Source: Candidatus Binatus sp. (GTDB lineage: Bacteria; Desulfobacterota; Binatia; Binatales; Binataceae). Taken from it: DNA of 64,000 nucleotides. Below, piece by piece: positions 17,646-28,896 of this stretch. Under the pieces are notes generated by a model. The model did no database searches. It saw only the letters and a list, made by a program, of their open reading frames with translations, and was not told the DNA's origin. How positions within the stretch are numbered: the stretch's first letter is position 1; each line of letters begins with the position of its first letter. A program made the position numbers and the translations under genes. The DNA lies in NCBI RefSeq assembly GCF_050013435.1, contig NZ_JBEKFG010000003.1:12455-76454 (forward strand), given 5' to 3'.

Positions 17646-19303
17646 GTACGGCGGTCGTCTCGGAGCCGTCGGGCTTCGCCCTGCCGCAGGGCCAGTTGAA
17701 CGTTATCAAATGGAACATCTATTTCGGGTTCGCGGTGCTTGCGGTCGGCGTCATCATGGGACTGGCTCAGGCGCTCAGTTACGCGCGAATAAACGTCGTC
17801 CAATACTATCCGGTAGTGAAATCCTACTACCAGGCGCTGACGATTCATGGGGTGTTCAACGCGCTGGTGCTGACCACGGCGTTCGCCAACGGCTTTATCG
17901 CGCTGACCACGGCGCGAGGTCTCGGCCGCAAGCTCAATAATGCGCTGCTGCATGCGGCGTTGTGGACGCTTTTTATCGGCTCGATCCTGGCGGCGTATGC
18001 GATGTTCGCCGACAAGGCCTCGGTCCTGTACACCTTCTACCCGCCGCTGGAAGCCCACTGGACGTTCTACCTGGGCCTCGCGTTGGTGGTGGTCAGCACG
18101 TGGATAACCTCGGCGGCCCAACTCGCGGCGCTGCGCGGATGGCGCAAGGATCATCGGGGCGAGCGAGTGCCGCTGCTCGCCTTCATGTCGATCGCAACCT
18201 ACGTGATGTGGGATATCGCATCGGTCGGGCTGGCCGTAGAGGTCGTGGTGTTCCTGCTGCCATGGTCGCTGGGATTGCTTCCGGGCGTCGATCCGATGCT
18301 CGATCGCACGCTGTTCTGGTTCACGGGGCATCCGATCGTGTACTTCTGGCTGCTGCCGGTTTACGTTTCATGGTACGGACTGATTCCCAAACAGGCCGGC
18401 GGCGTGCTGTTCAGCGACACCGTGACGCGGGTGGCCTTCATACTTTTCATCCTGCTGATCCCGGTCGGCTTTCATCATCAGTTCATGGACCCGGGAGTAT
18501 CGCAGGGACTGAAGTTCACCATCGCGGCCATGACCTTCGCGATTTTCTTCCCCAGCCTGATAACGGCGTTCTCGGTAATGTATGCGCTCGAGATCGGGGG
18601 ACGCCGCCGGGGCGGGAACGGGCTGGTCGGATGGTTTTTCAAGATTCCATGGAGCGATCCGTCGGTGGCGGCGCAGGTGCTGGCGATGATCGCATTCCTG
18701 ATCGGCGGCATCTCCGGGCTGATGAACGCGAGCTACACCATGGACATGGAGATTCACAACACGGCGTTCATATCGGGCCATTTTCATCAAACCGTCGGCT
18801 GTGCGGTGGCTCTCTCCTACATGGGAATTGCCTACTGGCTGATACCGTATTTCGAGCGGCGCGAGCTATGGTTGCCGCGCCTGGCACTGTTCCAGGCATT
18901 TTTGTATTTCATCGCAGTGATGATTTTCTCCAACGGCCTGGAAGCGGGCGGCATGGAGGGATTGCCGCGGCGCACCGACATGGTGCATGCAACCTACGGG
19001 CTGGCGGCGTGGAAGATTCCGGGAATCATGACCGCGTTGGGCGGAACGCTGATGTTCGCGAGCGCGATGCTGTTCTTTCTCATCGTGGTGATGACGATAG
19101 TCGCCGGCAAAAGGACCGCGCAGCGCGACCTTCCGTTCACCGCGACGGTCCAGGCGCCACCCACCGTCGGATGGCAGCCGCGGCTCGATCGGCTCAGCTA
19201 CTGGGTCCTGATTTCGGTCGTGCTGGTAATCGCGGTCTATGGCCCATTTTTTCTCGAACACTTCCCGCCCAGCCTCTCGATCCAGGGCCTGATCTATCCT
19301 TAG
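17642..19303 (+). CDS. cbaA: ba3 (B-family) heme-copper oxidase subunit I
   Basis: TIHGV, WFTGHPIVYFW, GFHHQF, GHFH ligand motifs; LYTFYPPL. Confidence 0.92.
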   Translation: MSTAVVSEPSGFALPQGQLNVIKWNIYFGFAVLAVGVIMGLAQALSYARINVVQYYPVVKSYYQALTIHGVFNALVLTTAFANGFIALTTARGLGRKLNNALLHAALWTLFIGSILAAYAMFADKASVLYTFYPPLEAHWTFYLGLALVVVSTWITSAAQLAALRGWRKDHRGERVPLLAFMSIATYVMWDIASVGLAVEVVVFLLPWSLGLLPGVDPMLDRTLFWFTGHPIVYFWLLPVYVSWYGLIPKQAGGVLFSDTVTRVAFILFILLIPVGFHHQFMDPGVSQGLKFTIAAMTFAIFFPSLITAFSVMYALEIGGRRRGGNGLVGWFFKIPWSDPSVAAQVLAMIAFLIGGISGLMNASYTMDMEIHNTAFISGHFHQTVGCAVALSYMGIAYWLIPYFERRELWLPRLALFQAFLYFIAVMIFSNGLEAGGMEGLPRRTDMVHATYGLAAWKIPGIMTALGGTLMFASAMLFFLIVVMTIVAGKRTAQRDLPFTATVQAPPTVGWQPRLDRLSYWVLISVVLVIAVYGPFFLEHFPPSLSIQGLIYP

Positions 19304-19422
19304 CAGGCTGAGCCGGCCGGCTTCATCACCCGCCCGTTGAGCCGGTTGGCACAAGCCGTGTAACCTACCGGCAAAGGGCCGCGCGGCGGGCCCAAAAAAC
19401 CATGAGAGAGCCAAGCTAAACG

Positions 19423-20397
19423 GTGCCTCGCGTTTCTGTAATCATTCCCGCGTACAACGCGGCCGCGACTATCGCCGGCACCCTGGACAGCGTAATCGGG
19501 CAGACCTTCCAGGATTTTGAAATCATTTGCGTTGACGACGGCTCGACCGATCGAACCCGCGCAATCGTTGAACAGTACGCCCGAGACTGCGGCGACCGAG
19601 TGAAGCTTGTCGAGCAGGCCAACAGCGGACCGGCGGCGGGGCGCAACAACGGCGCGCGGCATTCGACGGGCGAGTATCTCGCTTTCCTCGATGCCGACGA
19701 CGTCTGGACGGCGCCGATGCTCGAGCGGACGGTGGCGGTTCTGGACGCCGACCCCCTGCTCTCGCTGGTGTATTGCAACGCGGCGCTCGCCGACAGCGAA
19801 GGCGTGGCGCTGGATACGTCGCTGGTCGGCAAAGGCTTCGACCATCCGCCGTCGATCCATGAACTGCTGACGCGGCTGTGGCCGATAATGCCCAGCGCGG
19901 CGCTGGTGCGGCGCTCCGGTTACGAAAAATGCGGCGGCTATCGCGACGAATTGCGCGGCGCGAGCTTCCGCTTCGAGGACGTAGATTTCTGGATCAAGAT
20001 GCGCGAGCAGGGGCCGTTCGGCTATATCGCCGAGCCGCTGGTGATATGGCGGTTCGCGTGGTTTCCGAAGCAGCTCAAGCGGTTGCCTGACTATTCGAAA
20101 GCATTGCACGTCTTCGAGGCGTATCTGCAGGAGCGTTACGGAGTCTCCGCGGCGCCGCTGGTGAATGCGCGGACGCGGGCTCCGCGAAGTATCCTGGCGA
20201 CGATAGGATTGAAGGCGCTTCGCGACGGCGATCGCCGGCGCGCGCGGGCGGCGTTCGCGCGCGCGATCAGGGTGGATCCCTACCGGTTCAAGAACTACCT
20301 GCGCTGGATGAGGACGTTTCTGCCCGATCGGCTGGCGCAGAATCTTTCGGGTAAAAGTTCGCGGCGTGCTCGATCTGGCGGCGCGTATCAGGAATAA
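19423..20397 (+). CDS. GT2 family glycosyltransferase
   Basis: VSVIIPAYN, VDDGSTD, AFLDADD. Confidence 0.9.
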   Translation: MPRVSVIIPAYNAAATIAGTLDSVIGQTFQDFEIICVDDGSTDRTRAIVEQYARDCGDRVKLVEQANSGPAAGRNNGARHSTGEYLAFLDADDVWTAPMLERTVAVLDADPLLSLVYCNAALADSEGVALDTSLVGKGFDHPPSIHELLTRLWPIMPSAALVRRSGYEKCGGYRDELRGASFRFEDVDFWIKMREQGPFGYIAEPLVIWRFAWFPKQLKRLPDYSKALHVFEAYLQERYGVSAAPLVNARTRAPRSILATIGLKALRDGDRRRARAAFARAIRVDPYRFKNYLRWMRTFLPDRLAQNLSGKSSRRARSGGAYQE

Positions 20398-21690
<1,293 letters not shown>

Positions 21691-21775
21691 GGAAGCTGCG
21701 CTCGATGCGCAAGTAACTTTTCAGGTGGCGCGGATCGCGCGATAGCGGCTAGCTTCGAAGATCGAACCGCAGAAG

Positions 21776-22717
21776 CTATCGACGGTCACGCGAACGGTCG
21801 AGTGCGCGAATAATGCTCATCGGGAGTAGCGTTCGCGCGATCCGCAAATATGTCTTGAACGCCGTGCGATCATAAGAGAGCGAGCGAATCAGGCATTTGC
21901 GCGCGGCGGCTCGATTGCCCTTCCTGAGCTCAGCAAGGCCGGTATTTCTGAGGATACGGACTTTGTGTTGGGTGTAACTCTGAAGAACTCCAGAGGCGCG
22001 ATCTCCATATCGAGATCGAATCGACCGCACGAAGAGCTCGCCGCGGCTGTCTCGCCTGAGCACCTTGGGATATAGCGGGCCCATCGTGAACCGCGTGAGC
22101 TTTTCGGGCAAATAGCTGAACTCGCCTTGTTCGCGAATACGAATCCAGAAGTCCAGGTCCTCGCTGAATCCTTCGGCAAAACGGCCGCACTTTTCATAGG
22201 CCGCCCGACGCATCACGACCGTACTCGGCATGATCGGCCACAAACGGCTGAGCATCTCGTCGAGGGTGGGAGAATGCGCTGTTTGCGCATCGACGGGCGA
22301 AGTACCCAGCTCGCGGCCGGCGGTGTCGCAATTGGAAACATCCGTATAGACGAGTGCGACTTGCCGAGACTGGTCGAGAATCGCGATCGACTTTTCGAGT
22401 TTGGTTGGCAGCCAGAAATCATCTGCGTCCAACAACGCGAGATACTCGGCTTTCGACTTTGCGATTCCGGCGTTGCGGGCGGCGCAAAATCCCTGGTTGG
22501 GCTGCCGAATGACCACGATCCTGGAGCCGAACCGTTCAAGTATGGAAGCGGTTGCGTCGGTCGAGCCGTCATCGACGACGACGACTTCGTAGTCGGTGAA
22601 GGTTTGATCGAAAATGCTCTGGAGCACGTCGCTAATCGTGGCGGCCCCGTTATAAACCGGGATTATTGCCGAGACGCGCGGCGTGCGTCCGCCGGATGTT
22701 GACGCGGCAGATGTCAT
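21776..22717 (-). CDS. GT2 family glycosyltransferase
   Basis: VSAIIPVYN, VDDGSTD, LLDADD; start uncertain. Confidence 0.88.
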   Translation of the reverse strand: MTSAASTSGGRTPRVSAIIPVYNGAATISDVLQSIFDQTFTDYEVVVVDDGSTDATASILERFGSRIVVIRQPNQGFCAARNAGIAKSKAEYLALLDADDFWLPTKLEKSIAILDQSRQVALVYTDVSNCDTAGRELGTSPVDAQTAHSPTLDEMLSRLWPIMPSTVVMRRAAYEKCGRFAEGFSEDLDFWIRIREQGEFSYLPEKLTRFTMGPLYPKVLRRDSRGELFVRSIRSRYGDRASGVLQSYTQHKVRILRNTGLAELRKGNRAAARKCLIRSLSYDRTAFKTYLRIARTLLPMSIIRALDRSRDRR

Positions 22718-22727
22718 CCGCGCCGGC

Positions 22728-23648
22728 TCAGGCCTCGCCATCGCCCGTGCGCGAGGCCGCCAGCGGCGAGCGAGCCGGAAGAAAAGTCTTCAAGTATCGA
22801 CGGTAGGCCTTCGGTGACGCGGGTTGATAGTGGATGACGCGGGCGAGACAACGGCGCGCATCCTTGGGGCGTCCCTCCTCCATCAGAGTGCGGGCCATAT
22901 GTCTCATGACCTTCATTCGCATGCGCCGGAATTCGCGGATGAGACCGGTGGCCGAGGCGCCATAGCGCACGCGGACCAGCCGAACGAACAGTTCGCACTC
23001 CCGCTCGCGTTCCAGCGCCTTGGGATAGAGCGGGCGCGTGGTCTTGCGCATCAGCAATTCGGGGACGGATCGGAAATGTCCGTGTTCGCGGCCATTGAGC
23101 AGGAAATAGAGATCCTCGCATGACGTTACGAAGCGCTCGTCAAATCCACCGCATCGGTCGAAGACCTCGCGGCGCACCATGAACTGACTCGGCACGACAT
23201 TCCACGGGCGCTCGAGCATCTGCGCGAGCGTCGGAGAATCGACGCCTTGGGTCTGGCTGTCCTGATTGGGCATCGGCCGCCCGTTTAGATCGACCCTGAG
23301 CGCGCCCGTGTACACCAGCACGCAATTCGGATCTTGATCAAGGACGGCTGCGGATCGCGCGAGCTTTTCGGGCATCCACTCGTCGTCAGCGTCGAGGAAC
23401 GCGACATACTCGCCGCCCGATGCGCGTACGCCTGCGTTGCGCGCCCCGGCAAGACCGCGATTGGGCTGGCTGACAACTCGAATTCGATCGCCGTAACCGG
23501 CCAGCACCGACGCGGTATCGTCGGTCGAGCCATCGTCGAGGACCACGACTTCGTAGTCGGAGCACGACTGGGCGAATACGCTCGCCAGTGCGCGGCGGAT
23601 CGTGGCTGCGCCATTATATACCGGAATTACTACCGACACCTTTGCCAT
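22728..23648 (-). CDS. GT2 family glycosyltransferase
   Basis: VSVVIPVYN, LDDGSTD, FLDADD. Confidence 0.9.
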   Translation of the reverse strand: MAKVSVVIPVYNGAATIRRALASVFAQSCSDYEVVVLDDGSTDDTASVLAGYGDRIRVVSQPNRGLAGARNAGVRASGGEYVAFLDADDEWMPEKLARSAAVLDQDPNCVLVYTGALRVDLNGRPMPNQDSQTQGVDSPTLAQMLERPWNVVPSQFMVRREVFDRCGGFDERFVTSCEDLYFLLNGREHGHFRSVPELLMRKTTRPLYPKALERERECELFVRLVRVRYGASATGLIREFRRMRMKVMRHMARTLMEEGRPKDARRCLARVIHYQPASPKAYRRYLKTFLPARSPLAASRTGDGEA

Positions 23649-23657
23649 TGCGGGTCG

Positions 23658-24566
23658 CTATTTCCCCTGAATGGCGTCAGCGCGAGGAGCTGCGGGACTG
23701 CAATCAGCCTGAGGTCTCTTCCACATGGAAAGGTCTCGCCCGATCATCGGCTCCAGCGCATCGAATTCCGGCCGCATTAAATCGTGAAGGCGCGCTTCAG
23801 TCTCCTGATCAAGCGATGAGAACTTCGGCCCGCCGCCGAATGAGAATTTCCAAAGTCCCGCTCGTTCAAGGAAATTGAGCATGCCGTAAAGTTGTTTCTC
23901 TTCGAGCCAGTACATGAAATGGCGCGCCTTGCGGGCGACGTGCGGAAACCTTGGCAGATCGGTAATTGAATTGATCAACTTGCCCTGAGCTGCCAACGCC
24001 GGCACCGGGTACCGCGCGATACCGATAAAATCGCAAACCCGGTCGAGGTAGGCCTGCGGATCGGCGCGCAGGTCGTCGTTGAGCAGGACCAGCACCCGGT
24101 CCTGGCCAAAACGCGCGCGCCAGTCGGGCAGATGCCTGGCGTAGCGGGTCACTTCGATCACCTGCGGAACTTTTACGAGGAACTCATCGAGCGGAAAATT
24201 CGTAAGCGTGTAGTGACGCCAGAGTTTATAAGCCGAGTAGATTCGTTCGACCGGATTGCGAAACGTGCAGATGATTTTGCATCGCGGGATATGCAGCGCG
24301 ATGCGCTCGGCGGCCTCGGGGAAGCCGAAGTATGGATTGACCTCGCCAATCGGGCGGCCGCCGCCGGCATCGCGAAAGTGATGCGCGTACCACTGGATCC
24401 CCTTGTGGTAGTTGGTGGTGAAGAAATCGGTCTCCTTGATTCCGGCCGGCAGATCGACGCGGCCCTTGAGGACTTCATGAAGCCACGTTGTGCCGGTCCT
24501 GCCCGGTCCGACCGCAACGAAATCGGGCAGTCTCAGTTGACGTCCGCTATTTGAAGATTGGGTCAC
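23658..24566 (-). CDS. PAPS-dependent sulfotransferase (copy 3)
   Basis: PDF..GPGRTGTTWL, IKETDFF, RNPVERIYS; start uncertain (24566 or 24596). Confidence 0.88.
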   Translation of the reverse strand: MTQSSNSGRQLRLPDFVAVGPGRTGTTWLHEVLKGRVDLPAGIKETDFFTTNYHKGIQWYAHHFRDAGGGRPIGEVNPYFGFPEAAERIALHIPRCKIICTFRNPVERIYSAYKLWRHYTLTNFPLDEFLVKVPQVIEVTRYARHLPDWRARFGQDRVLVLLNDDLRADPQAYLDRVCDFIGIARYPVPALAAQGKLINSITDLPRFPHVARKARHFMYWLEEKQLYGMLNFLERAGLWKFSFGGGPKFSSLDQETEARLHDLMRPEFDALEPMIGRDLSMWKRPQADCSPAAPRADAIQGK

Positions 24567-25485
24567 GAAGATCGTCACGGCTGGTAGCGCGTGCACCAGC
24601 TACAGCGGCCTTTCGCTTATCGTGGCCAGCTTGTGGTGCGCGCGGTTTCTTCCACGCAGAGAGATCGATCGCAAGCAATTCCTCGAGCTCCTCGACTTCG
24701 GGGAGGTAGCGCTGACGCAGGTGCTCCTCCTGCTCGGGCGTCATCCGGCCGAACGGCTCGCCGCGGCCATGGCAGAAATCCCATACGCCCCAGCGGTCCA
24801 GAAGATTTATCGCACCGTATGCCTGGCGGACCTTGAACCAGTACATCAAGCGCGTCGCGCTGCGGGCGAGCCTGCGATTTTTTGGCGCGCGATCGAACGA
24901 ATGAACATCGTCGCGGATTTCGGGCCGCGCGGAAAGTGCAATCCGCTCGATGCCTATGAAATCGGTCACCCGATCCAGATACGTCTGCGGCTGCTCGCGC
25001 AATTCATCATACATCGTGATGAGCACGTTCTGGCGGCCGAAGTTTTCGAACCATTTGCGCAGATGGAACGCGTAGCGGTTGCCGCCGCCTAAACTGGGCC
25101 GGGATTTCAGGACCTCGTCGAACGAACCGCGCGCCCAGGCGTAGTGCGCAACCAGTTTATAGACCGAAAACGAATGCTCGACGGGATCGCGCAGGGTGAT
25201 GATTACCCGGCAGTTCGGAATGTGGGTCTTGATGCGATCGGGGGTGAGCGGATCGAACAGGTAGGGACAGATCTCGACGATCGGCCGCTGGCCGGTTGCG
25301 TAGCGAAAATGGCGCGCGTACCAGTCGATACCCTTGTCGTAGTAGAAGCTGAAAAACTGGGTTTCCTTGACGCCGTAGGGCAGATCGACATGGCCTTCGA
25401 GCACCCGATGCAACCAGGTAGTGCCGGTGCGACCGGGACCGGCGCCGATGATCTCAGGGAGCCGATGTTTGATGGTTGCGCTCAT
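24547..25485 (-). CDS. PAPS-dependent sulfotransferase (copy 2)
   Basis: GPGRTGTTWL, VKETQFF, RDPVEHSFS; ATG overlaps the upstream stop. Confidence 0.88.
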   Translation of the reverse strand: MSATIKHRLPEIIGAGPGRTGTTWLHRVLEGHVDLPYGVKETQFFSFYYDKGIDWYARHFRYATGQRPIVEICPYLFDPLTPDRIKTHIPNCRVIITLRDPVEHSFSVYKLVAHYAWARGSFDEVLKSRPSLGGGNRYAFHLRKWFENFGRQNVLITMYDELREQPQTYLDRVTDFIGIERIALSARPEIRDDVHSFDRAPKNRRLARSATRLMYWFKVRQAYGAINLLDRWGVWDFCHGRGEPFGRMTPEQEEHLRQRYLPEVEELEELLAIDLSAWKKPRAPQAGHDKRKAAVAGARATSRDDLRDPIFK

Positions 25486-26435
25486 CCGTTGGCCAGTCGC
25501 TGCAGCCGGGGCGCCGGGGAAGTATCGATAGTGCGCGGCGAGCGCGATTTCTTCCACGCGGAGAGATCGATCATCAGCAATTCCTCGAGCGCTTCGACCT
25601 CGGGCAGAAAGCGCGCGCGCAAGCGCTCATCCTGCTCGGGAGTAAGGCCCGGAAACAGGTCGCCGCGCCCGTGGCAGAACTCCCACACGCCCGCGCGCTC
25701 GAGCAGGTTGATAACGCGATACGCCTGATGGCCCCTGAGCCAGTACATGAACCTGGTCGCTCTGCGCGCGAGTTTGCGGTTTTTGGGCGCACGAGCAAAA
25801 GCATTCACATCGCCACTGAGATCGGGGCGCGGCGAGAGCACGACTCGCTCGGCGCTCATAAAGTCGCAAACCCGATTCACATAGCTCTGCGGATCCGCGC
25901 GCAATTCATCATATATCGTGACCAGGACGTTCTCGCGGCCGAAACTCTCGAAGCACCTCTCGAGACGCGCCGCGTAGCGATTGGCGCCACCCAGCTGCGG
26001 CAACGCTATGAGGGCCTCGTCGAAGGTTCCGCGACGCACCCATCCGTAATGACGCTGAAGCTTGTACGCAGAATAGATTCTATCGACCGGATCGCGCATC
26101 GTCGCGACGATCCTGCAGTTCGGGATGTGGGTCTTGATGCGTTCGAGCGCCAGCGGATGAAAAAAATATGGGCAGATTTCGGCGATCGTGCGATCGCCGG
26201 TCGCGTAGCGAAAATGGCGCGCGTACCAGTCGATACCCTTGTCGTAAAACGTGTTGAAGAACTGGGTTTCCTTGACGCCGCAGGGCATGTCGACCACGTC
26301 GCGCAGCGCGTTGTAAAGCCAGGTCGAACCGGTGCGCGGCGGCCCGATTACGATAACGTCGGGGAGCCTCGAGGGGCGCGCGCTTCGCATTGCGGGCAAT
26401 ATAGAGTTCGAAGATTGTGGCTTGGCGATGGTCAT
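25482..26435 (-). CDS. PAPS-dependent sulfotransferase (copy 1)
   Basis: GPPRTGSTWL, VKETQFF, RDPVDRIYS. Confidence 0.88.
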   Translation of the reverse strand: MTIAKPQSSNSILPAMRSARPSRLPDVIVIGPPRTGSTWLYNALRDVVDMPCGVKETQFFNTFYDKGIDWYARHFRYATGDRTIAEICPYFFHPLALERIKTHIPNCRIVATMRDPVDRIYSAYKLQRHYGWVRRGTFDEALIALPQLGGANRYAARLERCFESFGRENVLVTIYDELRADPQSYVNRVCDFMSAERVVLSPRPDLSGDVNAFARAPKNRKLARRATRFMYWLRGHQAYRVINLLERAGVWEFCHGRGDLFPGLTPEQDERLRARFLPEVEALEELLMIDLSAWKKSRSPRTIDTSPAPRLQRLANG

Positions 26436-26751
26436 TCCGGACCTGCCCCAGCACCGGCATCGCGGCGATGACCGTCAACGATAACATCGCCAATATTTCA
26501 TATCAATCAGGGCGCGGGCGCCAGCGCAGGTCGGCGCGCGGGAATCGCCGCGCAGGGTGCGGCTGCGACAGCGGTGTTGCGATGCTCACATCTGACTGAG
26601 CGACAGTTTCGAGCCGCCCTCAAATCGGTAATAATTGACCTCCACGATCCAGACTGATACTTCGAATGGATCTGGAACATGCGGAGGATGCGCCGGCGGC
26701 GGCCCTGTGGGACTCCCGGCGCGACGGTTTGAAACGGATGAAGAAATATAG

Positions 26752-27636
26752 ATGAGTACGCAGACCGAAAATTCAAAGTTTTACGAGCCGATCGTACCGT
26801 CGGACCAGATTCAGTATCGCGAATACAAGCTGCTGCTGAAGCCGGAGCGGTTTCCCGACGAGAAAGCGTTTCACAAGTTCTGGAAGTTAGCGCATCACGC
26901 GGCGAAGTCACTCGGTATCAAGCTGGGCAAGATCGACCAATCGGTCAAGCCGCATCAGCGCGAAGTGGTGTTCTACGACACGCCGCACTTCAAGCTCTAC
27001 AATCACGGCTTCATCCTGAGAAAACGCACCTTCTATCATCACGGTCTGCCCGACGCGAAGCACGAGCTGGTGATCAAATTTCGGCATCCGGAAAAGAAGA
27101 CGGCGCTGGCGGTGGATCCGCGTCCGCTGCTGCCGTGCGCGTACACGCTGAAGTTCAAGGAGGAAATCCTCCTGCCGAAAGATGGCGCGCTGGGGATGCG
27201 GCTGGTGTATTCGCACAACTGCGAGCTCGACACACCCAACATCATATTGACGCAGCGATTCGAAACGACCGCGGAAGCATTTCCGGCGCTTAAGAAAATC
27301 GACGCGAACCCGAAGGCGGCACTGAGCGTAGTCAACGGCGTATCGATCCAGGAATACGAGGTTGACCTCGGGATGCTGGACTTCGGGCACAAGCTCGAGG
27401 CGAAGGCGACGCTGGCGGTATGGCGGGTGCGCACGACCAACACGCCAATCGTGGCGGAGTTCGGCTACCAATTGAAGTTCGATAGTCCCGAAGCGGTGCG
27501 GCGCAAGCAGCGCGAGCTTTCCGAATTCTTCTACACGGCCCTGCAGTCGCGGGCCTCAGACTGGGTGCAGCGTGGAACAACCAAAACCGCCCTCATCTAC
27601 GGATACGGAAACACCAGTCTCAAGCACCAGGAATGA
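26752..27636 (+). CDS. Hypothetical protein, possibly CYTH-like (triphosphate tunnel fold)
   Basis: YREYKLLL near the N-terminus, F.DT.F.L...GFILRKR, C-terminal TKT; coupled to the chromate transporter genes. Confidence 0.5.
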   Translation: MSTQTENSKFYEPIVPSDQIQYREYKLLLKPERFPDEKAFHKFWKLAHHAAKSLGIKLGKIDQSVKPHQREVVFYDTPHFKLYNHGFILRKRTFYHHGLPDAKHELVIKFRHPEKKTALAVDPRPLLPCAYTLKFKEEILLPKDGALGMRLVYSHNCELDTPNIILTQRFETTAEAFPALKKIDANPKAALSVVNGVSIQEYEVDLGMLDFGHKLEAKATLAVWRVRTTNTPIVAEFGYQLKFDSPEAVRRKQRELSEFFYTALQSRASDWVQRGTTKTALIYGYGNTSLKHQE

Positions 27637-28243
27637 ACCCGATCTTCATCCGAGCCTGCTGACGCTCTTCCGAATCTTCCTGCTCGCGGGCGGGCTCAGC
27701 TTCGGCGGCGGCGCGGTTGCCTATTTGCGCGAATACCTGGTGCAACAAGAAGGATGGCTCGACGACGAGGGATTTCTCGGCGCGATGGAGATCAGCGAGA
27801 CGCTGCCGGGGCTCAACGCCGTCAACATGGCGATCATCATGGGCGACAATCTGCGCGGGCTGGCCGGCGCGGCGGTGTCGGTCATCGGGATGCTGCTGCC
27901 GGGGGGAATCGTCGTGATGGTGCTGGGGATACTGTATCAATCGAATCACGGCAATCCCGACGTCAAGCGTTTTCTGCTCGGGATCGCAGCCGCGGCGGTT
28001 GGCTTGCTGTCGGCGGTGACGTTGCAGATCGGGCGGCGCCAATTCCGCCAACTCCCGGATATCGCGATCATCATCCTGACGTTTCTGGCGGTCAGCTTCG
28101 TTAAATTGCCGCTGTTCGTGGTGCTGCTGGGTCTCGGGCCGATATCGGTCTGGCTCTACCGGCCCAAGGTCTCAAAACCGCGCGCGCAGGATGAGCATTT
28201 GCCATTTCATCGCGGCCCGCGCCATCACCTGTTTCGTCATTAA
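27572..28243 (+). CDS. Short-chain chromate transporter subunit 1
   Basis: LSFGGG, SETLPG.NAVN motifs; start uncertain (GTG overlapping the upstream gene). Confidence 0.85.
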   Translation: MEQPKPPSSTDTETPVSSTRNEPDLHPSLLTLFRIFLLAGGLSFGGGAVAYLREYLVQQEGWLDDEGFLGAMEISETLPGLNAVNMAIIMGDNLRGLAGAAVSVIGMLLPGGIVVMVLGILYQSNHGNPDVKRFLLGIAAAAVGLLSAVTLQIGRRQFRQLPDIAIIILTFLAVSFVKLPLFVVLLGLGPISVWLYRPKVSKPRAQDEHLPFHRGPRHHLFRH

Positions 28244-28263
28244 CTATTGAGATCGAAACCCGC

Positions 28264-28782
28264 ATGACGCGATTGATACATCTGTTCCTGGTTTTCGCTC
28301 TGCTGTCGGTGTTGGCGGTCGGCGGCGGCACGGCGGTGCTGCCCGAGATGCAGCACATGACGGTGCATACGTTTCACTGGCTGAGTGACGCGCAGTTCCG
28401 CAACATCTACAGCCTCGGCCAGGTTGCGCCGGGACCAAACATGTTGATGGTGCTGGTGATTGGTTATCAGCTGGCGGGATGGGCCGGGATGGTGGTGGTG
28501 GGAATCGCATTTTTCCTGCCCGACTGCGTGATTACATTGTTCGTCAATCGATGGTGGGTGCATCTGGGCGGGTGGCCGTGGCGTACATCGATTCAGCGCG
28601 GGCTGGCGCCGGTCGCAATCGGCCTGATGACGTCGGGGACGTTTGCGATTGCGAGGCTTTCGATCGTGAACGTGCCGACGCTGGCGATCGCAATTGCGGT
28701 GTTCGGAATTTTGCTGTGGCGCCACATCAATCCGGGCGTACTGGTGCTGGTGGGAGGCGCGGTTTACATGTTGTTGAGATAG
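28264..28782 (+). CDS. Short-chain chromate transporter subunit 2
   Basis: AVGGG, WLSDAQF..LGQVAPGPN, GLAPVAIGL. Confidence 0.85.
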   Translation: MTRLIHLFLVFALLSVLAVGGGTAVLPEMQHMTVHTFHWLSDAQFRNIYSLGQVAPGPNMLMVLVIGYQLAGWAGMVVVGIAFFLPDCVITLFVNRWWVHLGGWPWRTSIQRGLAPVAIGLMTSGTFAIARLSIVNVPTLAIAIAVFGILLWRHINPGVLVLVGGAVYMLLR

Positions 28783-28812
28783 GCCGCGGGAATCGACGTC
28801 CGCGCGTGAGTG

Positions 28813-28852
28813 AAAAGAAAACGCCGGCAGGAGTGGATGCTCCTGCCGGCGT
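28813..28852 (-). terminator. Rho-independent terminator (repeat copy 1; further copies at 30464-30503 and 32107-32146)
   Basis: Stem ACGCCGGCAGGAG/CTCCTGCCGGCGT next to AAAAGAAA. Confidence 0.8.
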
Positions 28853-28896
28853 CGTACAATCAGGATCGTAAGGCGATTGGCCTCGCGGCCGCCTTG

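Noticed and set aside
17962-19311. 449-aa alternative-frame ORF within cbaA
   Set aside because: Same-strand overlap with a well-supported gene; low-complexity Arg/Gly/Ala translation.
19309-19320. 12-bp match (TGAGCCGGCCGG) to the tRNA-Lys 3' end as a possible att site
   Set aside because: Short and GC-rich, on the 5' side of the tRNA, and no integrase is present; likely chance.
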